From: an uncultured Thermanaerothrix sp.
GTDB taxonomy: Bacteria; Chloroflexota; Anaerolineae; Anaerolineales; Anaerolineaceae
Reading direction: 5' to 3'
DNA: 64,000 bases
NCBI GenBank assembly: GCA_964427505.1
Contig: CAYRUO010000007.1
Coordinates: forward strand, 40,406-104,405
This document shows, piece after piece, positions 9,732 through 17,993 of the stretch. A program made the translations under genes and the position numbers. The notes under the pieces are model-generated. The model had not been told where the DNA came from. It saw only the letters and a program-made list of their open reading frames with translations, and searched no databases. How positions within the stretch are numbered: position 1 is the first letter of the stretch; every line of letters begins with the position of its first letter.

Positions 9732-11664
9732 CCACCCGCACATTCTACTGGTTGGTAACCCGAATGTCGGCAAGTCGGTGCTTTTTCACCAATTGACCGG
9801 CCAATATGTGACCGTTTCGAATTATCCCGGCACCACGGTTGAGGTTGCCCAGGGCAGTTTACGCCACTGTCCGGAGCGGCTGGTGATAGATACCCCTGGG
9901 ATCGTCACCTTCCCGGCGCGTAGTGAAGATGAAGAGGTAACCGTGCGTGCCCTGCTGGATGAACACGTCGGTGCTGTCATCCAGGTCGGGGATGCCAAGA
10001 ATCTACAGCGCACGTTGCACCTGACGCTCCAATTAGCCGAACTCGAACTGCCCCTGGTGCTGGTGCTCAACATGCTGGATGAGGCCGAGGCTTTTGGGGT
10101 TAGGTTAGATCTAGAACCGCTCAGCCGCGCCCTGGGCGTGCCGGTGGTGGCCACCGTAGCCACGCGCGGCCAAGGCGTGGATGACCTGCTCCATGCGTTG
10201 GAGCGGGTTCAACCAGCGTCGGTCCACCTCACCTATCCCCCCGAGATCGAAGAAGCCGTGCAAGCCGTGGTTCCCTTACTCCCCCCCGCCCCCATCTCCG
10301 CCCGCGGATTGGCGTTGCTTTTCCTAAGTGGAGAGAACGGCGTTTCAGCATGGCTGCGTGCCCATCTTACGCCTGACACATTCGAACACTTGGAAGACAT
10401 TCGCCGGGATCTTCAATCTCGCCTTGCAGAACCGGTCGCCAGTATGCTCCAGCGGACACGCGAAAACGCTATCCTCGGCTTAATCCGCCAGGTTTGGCGT
10501 CAGGAACAACGCCGGAGCGAGCCGCTTAATGTGCGCTTGGGGCACTTAGCCACCCACCCCCTGTGGGGCATCCCTATTCTGGCCTTGGTGCTTTATGGGT
10601 TGTACTGGTTTGTCGGTGTGTTCGGCGCCGGCACCCTGGTGGGTTTCCTAGAAGAAACGCTCTTCGGTCAGATCATCAACCCCTGGATGGTCAGCCATCT
10701 GACACGTTGGATCCCCTGGCCGTTCTTACAACAGATGCTGGTGGGTGACTACGGTCTGTGGACCATGGGCGTAACCTATGCCCTAGCGCTGCTCTTACCG
10801 ATTGTGGTAACCTTCTTCATTGCCTTCGGCGTCCTTGAGGATTCGGGATATCTACCGCGCCTTGCCGTTTTGACCAACCAGTTCTTCAGCCGCATCGGCT
10901 TGAACGGCCAGGCCGTGCTTCCCATGGTGCTCGGGCTGGGCTGCGTGACCATGGCGACCATGACCACGCGCATCCTCAGCCGTCCCCGCGAGCGCATCCT
11001 GGTGACCTTCTTGCTCGCCCTGGCCATCCCCTGTTCGGCCCAATTGGGCGTGGTGATGGGCATGCTGGCCGGCATTTCGTTTGGCGCCACCTTGATCTGG
11101 GCTGGCGTCGTCATAATCGTCTTACTCATTGTGGGCTGGTTGGCCGCGCAGGTCTTACCCGGTGAACGCACCCCCTTGATCGTGGAACTCCCGCCTTTGC
11201 GTTGGCCGGTGCTCTCTAATGTGCTGATCAAAACCTTGGCGCGTCTGGAGTGGTATATCAAAGAAGCCGTGCCCCTGTTTCTGCTGGGAACGTTCCTGCT
11301 CTTCGTGTTGGATTGGTTCCATCTTTTACCCGGCATCATCCAACTGACCGAACCGGTGGTTACCCACTGGCTGGGGCTCCCCCCCGAAGCCGCTGCCGCC
11401 TTCCTAGTGGGATTTCTGCGCCGCGATTTTGCCGCCACAAACCTCTTCGTCATGGAATCCCGCGGTCTGCTCTCCCCGGTTCAGGTCGTGGTCGCCATGG
11501 TGACAATTACCCTCTTCGTGCCCTGCATTGCCAGCGTGTTTATGATGATCAAAGAACGCGGATTGAAGACGGCACTGGGGATGCTGGCCTTTATTTTCCC
11601 CTTTGCATTATTCGTGGGCGGTGCATTATACCGCTTGCTCACCCTGGTAGGATGGCATGGCTAA
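9682..11664 (+). CDS. feoB: Ferrous iron transporter FeoB
   Basis: N-terminal G-domain (GNPNVGKSVLF, DTPG, NMLD) followed by a polytopic permease domain. AGGTGG RBS precedes the ATG at 9682; the ORF opens at 9619. Confidence 0.9.
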   Translation: MAHCHSTPMPSSITRDNHPHILLVGNPNVGKSVLFHQLTGQYVTVSNYPGTTVEVAQGSLRHCPERLVIDTPGIVTFPARSEDEEVTVRALLDEHVGAVIQVGDAKNLQRTLHLTLQLAELELPLVLVLNMLDEAEAFGVRLDLEPLSRALGVPVVATVATRGQGVDDLLHALERVQPASVHLTYPPEIEEAVQAVVPLLPPAPISARGLALLFLSGENGVSAWLRAHLTPDTFEHLEDIRRDLQSRLAEPVASMLQRTRENAILGLIRQVWRQEQRRSEPLNVRLGHLATHPLWGIPILALVLYGLYWFVGVFGAGTLVGFLEETLFGQIINPWMVSHLTRWIPWPFLQQMLVGDYGLWTMGVTYALALLLPIVVTFFIAFGVLEDSGYLPRLAVLTNQFFSRIGLNGQAVLPMVLGLGCVTMATMTTRILSRPRERILVTFLLALAIPCSAQLGVVMGMLAGISFGATLIWAGVVIIVLLIVGWLAAQVLPGERTPLIVELPPLRWPVLSNVLIKTLARLEWYIKEAVPLFLLGTFLLFVLDWFHLLPGIIQLTEPVVTHWLGLPPEAAAAFLVGFLRRDFAATNLFVMESRGLLSPVQVVVAMVTITLFVPCIASVFMMIKERGLKTALGMLAFIFPFALFVGGALYRLLTLVGWHG

Positions 11665-11905
11665 ACCTCTTAACGCCCCCTCATTAACCGAAGACACCTG
11701 GCTTACCTGCCCGGTGTGCGGCACCCGCTTCCAGGCCGGGGAACGCCCGGCGTGCGCGCAGTGCCCTCTGCATGCCGGATGTCAAATGGCGTGTTGCCCC
11801 AACTGCGGCACCAGTGTGATCAATCCTCAGGCCTCACGCTGGGCGCGTTGGGCTGAGCGCCTGTTTAAACGCCCGCAGCCCCCCTCCAAGGACACAACGC
11901 CGTGA
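11657..11905 (+). CDS. Small Cys-rich (zinc-ribbon-like) protein of unknown function, in the feo operon
   Basis: 82 aa with 9 Cys (CPVC...CAQC...C...CCPNC). Its start overlaps the feoB stop and its stop overlaps the feoA start (GTGA). Confidence 0.5.
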   Translation: MAKPLNAPSLTEDTWLTCPVCGTRFQAGERPACAQCPLHAGCQMACCPNCGTSVINPQASRWARWAERLFKRPQPPSKDTTP

Positions 11906-12252
11906 AAAGGAGATTGCGCACCATGTTCATTCCTCATCTTCGCTTCCATCGCGCCCGCCACCGCCACGGGCTGGGCAAACACCCCGTCCGCCTCACGCTG
12001 GGACATGTTCCACCGGGACAGGATGCCACCATCCTCGGCTTCGAAGCGTTGCCTCTCGATTATCAGCACTATCTACAAGCCTATGGCGTGATGCCCGGAC
12101 GCACCGTGCGCGTGCTAGCCCAACGTCCGGTTACGATTATTCAGGTTGAGCATACCGAGTTAGCCTTTGAACCGCAGATTGCGCGCTGTATTCTGGTAAG
12201 CACCGCGAGCGAGAAAGAGGCCGCCCTTACCAGCGAGAACCGCTCTTCCTAA
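11902..12252 (+). CDS. feoA: FeoA-domain protein with a His-rich N-terminus
   Basis: SH3-like FeoA pattern (LGHVPPGQDATILGF..., YGVMPGRTVRVLAQRP, IIQVEHTELAF) with the N-terminal stretch HLRFHRARHRH. GTG start overlaps the previous stop. Confidence 0.7.
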   Translation: MKRRLRTMFIPHLRFHRARHRHGLGKHPVRLTLGHVPPGQDATILGFEALPLDYQHYLQAYGVMPGRTVRVLAQRPVTIIQVEHTELAFEPQIARCILVSTASEKEAALTSENRSS

Positions 12253-13112
12253 ACGATAACACGCGGGTAGAGACGCGCCGCCAGGGCCACCAGGATGACC
12301 GTGGTCAGGCTCATAATTGCGAAATCCAACCCCAACGGGAAAACAGGGGTGCCGTTCGTGATCATCAAAGCGCGCAAGGCATCCACAATATAGGTCAGCG
12401 GGTTAACTTTGGCAATCACCTGCAGCCAAGCCGGCATGATGGCAAGGGGGTAAATGGCATTGCTGGCAAAGAAGAGCGGCATGGTGAGCACCTGCCCAAT
12501 CCCCATGAAGCGCTCACGGGTTTTGACCAGACAGGCAATGATGAGTGAGAAGAGGGAGAAATTGGCCGCGCCGAGGATCACTGCCACCACCACCCCTAAT
12601 AACGCCTGGGGCTGCCAGTTTAAGTCCACGCCCAACAACGCCGCCAGGGCATAAATGATCACGGCCTGGGTGAGGCCGCGAATGCCTGCCGAAAGCGCCT
12701 TTCCGCTGACCAACGCTGCGCGCGGGGCCGGACTGGCCATAATCTTATGCAGGACGCCTAAATCGCGTTCCCAGATGACCGAAATGCCGTAGAAAATGGC
12801 AATAAATAAAACGCTTTGGGCGAGGATTCCCGGGGCCATAAAATCCAGGTAGGACAGATTCCCGGTGGGGATGGCACGCACACGGGCAAATACCTGCCCA
12901 AAGATCAACAGCCACAGCGCTGGCTGTACCGCACGGGTAAAAAGTTCAGTGGGGTCGTGGCGTAACTTGCGCGCTTCTAATTCGGCAATGACCCAGGTTT
13001 TAACCAGCATCTCGCGCAGTACCGCCCAGGGCTGCCAAACTTGCCGGAGCGAGGGCGAAGAAGAGGAACTAGCCAAGGCGACGGGCGACGCGCCGGGTTC
13101 GAGCGGTTTCAC
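12249..13112 (-). CDS. ABC-2 type transporter permease
   Basis: Six-TM ABC-2 family pattern downstream of a DrrA-like ATPase. The likely start is GTG at 13112, preceded by GGAGG; the ORF extends to 13283 but overlaps the ATPase gene there. Confidence 0.7.
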   Translation of the reverse strand: MKPLEPGASPVALASSSSSPSLRQVWQPWAVLREMLVKTWVIAELEARKLRHDPTELFTRAVQPALWLLIFGQVFARVRAIPTGNLSYLDFMAPGILAQSVLFIAIFYGISVIWERDLGVLHKIMASPAPRAALVSGKALSAGIRGLTQAVIIYALAALLGVDLNWQPQALLGVVVAVILGAANFSLFSLIIACLVKTRERFMGIGQVLTMPLFFASNAIYPLAIMPAWLQVIAKVNPLTYIVDALRALMITNGTPVFPLGLDFAIMSLTTVILVALAARLYPRVIV

Positions 13113-13866
13113 GGTAACCTCCCATAGTTGTTTGAAGTTGATTGCCGGTAAAGTGTATGAAAACCTCATCCAGCGTGGCTTCGGGTTTGCCAATGGCCAC
13201 CTTGAGGGCTTGCGGTGCATCGCAGGCGACCAGGCGCCCCAGGTGCATAATGCCAACCCGGTCACATAAGAGATCTGCTTCATCCATTAGATGGGTAGTC
13301 AGTAGGATCGTTGTGCCCAGATTTTGGCGAATTTGGCGGATATAATCCCACACCAGATGCCGCGCCACCGGATCCAGCCCAACCGTCGGCTCATCCAGGA
13401 AGAGCACACGCGGGCGGTGCAGAATCGCCTGGGCGATCTCCAGGCGCCGAATCATTCCCCCGGAATACTCCCGCACCAACCGATGCGCCACATCGCGCAA
13501 CCCCATGAAGTCCAACGCCGCGATAATCCGCTGCTCGCGCTCGGCTCGCGGGATGTCATAAAGTTTGGCCGCGATCAACAAGTTCTCATACCCACTCAAC
13601 GCCCCATCGGCGGAGATTAACTGCGGTACATAACCGATCACCCGCCGCACCTGGGCGGCCTGACGGCGAATATCGAAACCCGCCACAGTGGCACTGCCAT
13701 CACTCGGCGGGAGCAACGTGGTAAGCATTTTCAACGTCGTGGTCTTACCGGCGCCGTTTGGGCCCAGCAAGCCAAAGACCTCCCCTTCTTCCAAAGCCAA
13801 ATTCAGGTGATCTACGGCTATTAGTGCACCGTAACGCCGGGTAAGGTTGCTGGTTTGCAAGATCAT
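13069..13866 (-). CDS. ABC transporter ATP-binding protein (DrrA/ABC-2 type)
   Basis: Walker A GPNGAGKTT, signature YSGGMIRRLEIA, Walker B LFLDEPTVGLD. Confidence 0.85.
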   Translation of the reverse strand: MILQTSNLTRRYGALIAVDHLNLALEEGEVFGLLGPNGAGKTTTLKMLTTLLPPSDGSATVAGFDIRRQAAQVRRVIGYVPQLISADGALSGYENLLIAAKLYDIPRAEREQRIIAALDFMGLRDVAHRLVREYSGGMIRRLEIAQAILHRPRVLFLDEPTVGLDPVARHLVWDYIRQIRQNLGTTILLTTHLMDEADLLCDRVGIMHLGRLVACDAPQALKVAIGKPEATLDEVFIHFTGNQLQTTMGGYRETARTRRVARRLG

Positions 13867-14339
13867 CTTTCTGCCCTTTCTTGAGTTGACGCCTCAAGCG
13901 ATGTTCGCTCCAACACGTGACGACGCAGGATATGCATGGCTTGAACCACACACTCCCGTTCAGCAGGGACAAGTTCAGACAACAATGCACGGAAATGGGC
14001 ATGGGTCTGGGTTTGGGCGGCCTCCAGAATCGCCTCACCTGCTGCCGTCAAGCGCAAGCGCACACGGCGGCGGTCCTGTTCATCCCCTGTTCGCTCCACC
14101 CAACCCATGCGCACCAGATTATCCACCAGGGCGGTGGTGCTGGGCCGCGTCAGCCCTAGATGCTCGGCTAGTTCTGAGGCCGTGGCAGTGGCTTGGCGGC
14201 GGATAAAGATCAGCGCCCGGAACTGTGGCACGCTCATCCGTGGATCGCGGTGACGGCGCATTTGACCGCGAATGGTGCGGCTAACTCCCATCACCACATC
14301 TAGCACCTCTTGCACACAGACTTCAAGATCTGTATCCAT
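13863..14339 (-). CDS. MarR-family transcriptional regulator
   Basis: Winged-HTH pattern (SVPQFRALIFI..., ASELAEHLGLTRPSTTALVDNLVRMGWVER..D..DRRRV.L.LT). It overlaps the start of the ABC ATPase gene. Confidence 0.85.
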   Translation of the reverse strand: MDTDLEVCVQEVLDVVMGVSRTIRGQMRRHRDPRMSVPQFRALIFIRRQATATASELAEHLGLTRPSTTALVDNLVRMGWVERTGDEQDRRRVRLRLTAAGEAILEAAQTQTHAHFRALLSELVPAERECVVQAMHILRRHVLERTSLEASTQERAER

Positions 14340-14340
14340 A

Positions 14341-14398
14341 GTTCGAATTCCTAATTATTAGATATTCGAACTATATAACCAACGATCGCTTGTGTCAA
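14341..14398 (-). promoter_or_regulatory. marR promoter with an overlapping palindromic operator
   Basis: On the minus strand: -35 TTGACA (14398..14393), a 17-nt spacer, then -10 TATAGT (14375..14370). This is followed by the nested palindrome GTTCGAAT-N15-ATTCGAAC (14341-14371, inner CTAATTATTAG), which abuts the marR ATG with no SD sequence. Confidence 0.5.
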
Positions 14399-14890
14399 GA
14401 GGGAGATGATCTCTTTGAACCTTAAAAAACATGCCTCCATGCTGATTCACCACGTCGGCTTTAACGATCGCAACAAGCCCATGCTACGAATCTAAGAATC
14501 TTTTGAATTTCTGGCTACAACGCCCTTAATACGCCCCGCCCCCCCATATATGGGGTCAAACCAAAGTCATTCACGAAACCATGGCAAGAACAAATGTGCC
14601 TATTTTGCCATTCGGCGGCATCATTTTGCCTCGGACTCTTTAAGGTGGCTTGACTTTAAAGATCGCCAAATTTTTAGGTCAGCGTAGGTTTCCCGACTTG
14701 TGAGTCAGGATGAGATTTGCTAGAATAATTCACGCACCGATCATTCAGGGCGGACATCCGTCCCCCCTTTTCCTGGTCAACACCCAAACGAAAACTGCTT
14801 TGGGTAAACCCTCTGCAAGGCGCAGGGGGTCATCTTGGCTATTGCGCCGCGCTAGGGTGCGCAAATTCGATGCTGAGCGGAGGAGATACC

Positions 14891-16234
14891 ATGGACGCTG
14901 AACATGCCTGGCAGGTCGTCTTGGGCCAACTGCAAATGGAGATGTCCAAAGCCGCGTTCGACACCTGGGTGAAAAACGCCGAATTGGTCAGTTGGAAGGA
15001 AGGGTGTTTCACCATCGGGGTGCGCAATGCCTACGCCCGCGACTGGCTGGAAAGCCGCTTGTCCGGCACGGTCACCCGTCTGCTAAGCGGACTGATGGGA
15101 TACCCCCAGCAAGTAGAGTTCATCGTCTGGCATAAAGAAGCCCCGCTGAACGCCGCGCCTGAATCCCCAACCTTCCTCCCCTCCAACGGGCGTAACGAGG
15201 CGGCACAGCCGCGCACCGTCATTCCCCGCTATCGCTTCGAGAATTTTGTCGTCGGTGCCAGCAATCGCCTCGCCCATGCCGCATCATTGGCCGTCGCCGA
15301 GAACCCCGCCCGCGCTTACAATCCCCTTTTCATTTACGGCGGGGTCGGATTGGGCAAGACGCACCTGCTCCACGCCATCGGCAACGCCACCCTCGAGCGC
15401 GGTCTGCATGTCCTTTATGTCTCCGCCGAAGAATTCACCAATGACTTGATCAATGCCATCCGCACGCATACCACCGCCGCCTTCCGCGAGCGCTACCGCA
15501 ACATAGACGTCCTCTTAATTGACGACATTCAATTTATCGCCAGCAAGGAATCCACACAGGAAGAGTTCTTCCATACCTTCAACACCCTCTACGGACAGGA
15601 AAAGCAACTGGTCATCTCTTCGGATCGCCCGCCCAAGGCGATGATGACGCTGGAAGAACGCCTGCGTTCTCGCTTCGAGTGGGGGCTGACCGTAGATATT
15701 CAACCGCCGGATTTGGAAACCCGTATTGCCATCTTGCGCTCCAAGGCCGAACGCGCCGGGCGCGACGTGCCCGCCGAAATCCTTTACGCCATCGCGCGCC
15801 AGATTCAGTCCAACATCCGTGAACTGGAAGGGGCGTTGACCCGCGTGCTGGCTTATGCCGATTTAAGCGGACGCCCGCTGACCCCTGCGTTAGTGGAAAT
15901 TGCCCTGGCCGATCTCATTCCTCAGCGCAGTCGCATTGAACCGGCTCAGGTGGTGAACGCGGTCGCCCAGGTATTCGGCATCCCCCGCGAACGCCTGCTC
16001 AGCCGTGAACGCTCACGAGATGTCGCCCTCCCGCGCCAAGTGGCTATGTATTTACTGCGCGAGGAAGCCAATGTCTCTCTGCCCCAAATCGGCGAGGTAC
16101 TGGGGGGACGCGATCACACCACCGTCCTCTATGCTTGCGAAAAAGTGGCCGATATGATCGAACGCGATGATCATCTGCGGCGGCGCATCTCTCAGGTACG
16201 CGAAGCCCTGTATGGACGCAGTGTCGCCGCCTGA
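14891..16234 (+). CDS. dnaA: Chromosomal replication initiator protein DnaA
   Basis: AAA+ motifs (NPLFIYGGVGLGKTHLL, LLIDDIQF), sensor and box VII, and the C-terminal DNA-binding domain (LPQIGEVLGGRDHTTVLYACEKV). GGAGGAGATACC precedes the ATG at 14891; the ORF opens at 14870. Confidence 0.95.
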   Translation: MDAEHAWQVVLGQLQMEMSKAAFDTWVKNAELVSWKEGCFTIGVRNAYARDWLESRLSGTVTRLLSGLMGYPQQVEFIVWHKEAPLNAAPESPTFLPSNGRNEAAQPRTVIPRYRFENFVVGASNRLAHAASLAVAENPARAYNPLFIYGGVGLGKTHLLHAIGNATLERGLHVLYVSAEEFTNDLINAIRTHTTAAFRERYRNIDVLLIDDIQFIASKESTQEEFFHTFNTLYGQEKQLVISSDRPPKAMMTLEERLRSRFEWGLTVDIQPPDLETRIAILRSKAERAGRDVPAEILYAIARQIQSNIRELEGALTRVLAYADLSGRPLTPALVEIALADLIPQRSRIEPAQVVNAVAQVFGIPRERLLSRERSRDVALPRQVAMYLLREEANVSLPQIGEVLGGRDHTTVLYACEKVADMIERDDHLRRRISQVREALYGRSVAA

Positions 16235-16263
16235 TCTTCCTGCCCTTTTTCTTTATAAACCGC

Positions 16264-16296
16264 ACCCGCCCTTGAAATTGGGGCGGGTTTTCTTTT
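16264..16296 (+). terminator. Rho-independent terminator after dnaA
   Basis: ACCCGCCC / GGGCGGGT stem followed by TTTTCTTTT. Confidence 0.6.
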
Positions 16297-16318
16297 GCTC
16301 AATTCATAGCCTCATGGT

Positions 16319-17968
16319 ATGATTTTAAACATGCCACGCACAAAAAAGGCATCCCCTGAATCGGAACATAATAAGACCACCAAGGGTAAGGGTGCGCGCA
16401 AGTCTACCGCCGCTTCCGCTTCCCCTCGCCGCGCCCCACAACGGGACGAGTCCGACCTGCCCGAGATCCTTGCCGAAGGCGAAGAAGAATTGACGGCAGA
16501 ACTGGAAGAACCCGTCGCCGCGCCTTCCAGCGAGGATTGGTCGGATCTGGCGCTCGAAGACCCGCTGGAAATCTTAGAAGACCCGGCACTGGCTGCCGAA
16601 CTCTCCGAAGACCCGGTGCGGCTTTACCTGCGCGAAATCGGCCAGATCAGCCTGCTCGACGCCGACAGCGAATTTCGCTTGGCCGCCTGTATTGAGGCCG
16701 ACCGCCGCCTGGATGCCCTGCAGAAACATATTGATTCGCGAGGTAACGGCAACGGGCGCTATAAGGCATTGTTCCTGGCGGTGTGTGAAGACCTGCTCAC
16801 CTCGTGGGAGCGGGTCAAGCAAGATGCGGCGCGCCTGGAACGCACCATTCCCCCTGATTTGCAACTGGTGCTGGCCGAAGCACGCCTTTTACGCCAGACC
16901 TGGCAGAGCAAGTCCCCCTCGTATGTCCGTTCGTATATGGACAGCGGTCCTTGGGGGCACGATACCTTTTGGGACGGACTGGTGCGCAACGTCTTCAACC
17001 TCTTCCTAGACCTTTACCTTCTGCCCGAAGGCGCCGCTCAAGCCTTGATGCAATGGACGGAAACCGAGAAGGATTTACCTAACCTGGCCTTCTTTACCCC
17101 TTACTTAAACGATGAAGAAGCGCTACGCAAAGAGCGCGAGGACATTCACCAACACGCCGAAGAGGCGAACAACGTGTTGATTCGCGCGAACTTACGCCTG
17201 GTGGTTAGCATTGCCAAACGCTACCTAGGACGAGGGGTTTCCTTCCTTGATTTGATCCAGGAAGGCAACCTGGGGCTACTGCGTGCCGTGGCCAAATTTG
17301 ATCCTACCCGCGGTTACAAGTTCAGCACCTACGCCACCTGGTGGATCCGGCAATCCATCAGCCGTTACATTGCCGAGCAAGCGCGCACTATCCGCATCCC
17401 CGTCCACCTCTTTGAGGCCATCACGCGCTTACTGCGCGTCCAGCGCTCGCTGATGCAGCAACTGGGGCGCGAACCGACCTACGAGGAACTGGCCCTGGAA
17501 TCGGGCCTGCTCAGCGAAGAAGACGTCCAAGCCATCCTGCTGGCCCGTTCGCGCAATCAACCCCTGGATCCCGAGTTGCAACGGCGCTGGGAAGCCGCCA
17601 CGGCCAAAGTGCAACGCATTCTCCAATCCGCAGAGGAACCGGTCTCGCTGGAACGCCCGGTCGGTGATGAAGAAAGCAGTCAATTGGGTGATTTCATTGA
17701 GGACGAGGAAGCGCTGGAACCGATGGATGCCGCGGCACGCGAGATGCTCCGTCAACAGGTGCAAAACGCCCTTGGCGCACTCACCGAACGCGAGCGTCAG
17801 GTCTTGGAACTGCGCTTTGGGCTGATTGACGGCAAAGATCACACCTTAGAAGAGGTCAGCCGTTACTTCAATGTGACTCGCGAGCGCATTCGCCAGATCG
17901 AAGCCAAAGCCCTGCGTAAGTTGCGCCACCCCACCCGCAGCCGCCACCTACGCGAATACCTGACCTGA
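16319..17968 (+). CDS. rpoD: Primary-type RNA polymerase sigma factor (sigma-70, RpoD/SigA)
   Basis: Acidic region 1.1, region 1.2 ([16 protein letters not shown]), region 2 ([12 protein letters not shown]...[17 protein letters not shown]...[14 protein letters not shown]), regions 3 and 4 ([29 protein letters not shown]). An alternative start is at 16331. Confidence 0.9.
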   Translation: MILNMPRTKKASPESEHNKTTKGKGARKSTAASASPRRAPQRDESDLPEILAEGEEELTAELEEPVAAPSSEDWSDLALEDPLEILEDPALAAELSEDPVRLYLREIGQISLLDADSEFRLAACIEADRRLDALQKHIDSRGNGNGRYKALFLAVCEDLLTSWERVKQDAARLERTIPPDLQLVLAEARLLRQTWQSKSPSYVRSYMDSGPWGHDTFWDGLVRNVFNLFLDLYLLPEGAAQALMQWTETEKDLPNLAFFTPYLNDEEALRKEREDIHQHAEEANNVLIRANLRLVVSIAKRYLGRGVSFLDLIQEGNLGLLRAVAKFDPTRGYKFSTYATWWIRQSISRYIAEQARTIRIPVHLFEAITRLLRVQRSLMQQLGREPTYEELALESGLLSEEDVQAILLARSRNQPLDPELQRRWEAATAKVQRILQSAEEPVSLERPVGDEESSQLGDFIEDEEALEPMDAAAREMLRQQVQNALGALTERERQVLELRFGLIDGKDHTLEEVSRYFNVTRERIRQIEAKALRKLRHPTRSRHLREYLT

Positions 17969-17993
17969 GACCCCACCTTCCTCGGAGAAGCGT

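Noticed and set aside
10776-11453. 225-aa ORF antisense to feoB; comparable antisense or off-frame ORFs occur at 8105-8764, 26662-27318, 30033-30686, 31751-32374, 32371-32907, 50104-50670 and 52969-53424
   Set aside because: All lie inside confidently assigned genes and show biased composition without motifs. Long spurious ORFs are expected at this GC content.
12249-13283. The full 344-aa extent of the ABC-2 permease ORF
   Set aside because: The first ~57 codons overlap the upstream ATPase gene and translate to non-membrane, low-plausibility sequence. A GTG with a GGAGG RBS at 13112 gives a typical ABC-2 permease length, so the shorter model was adopted.
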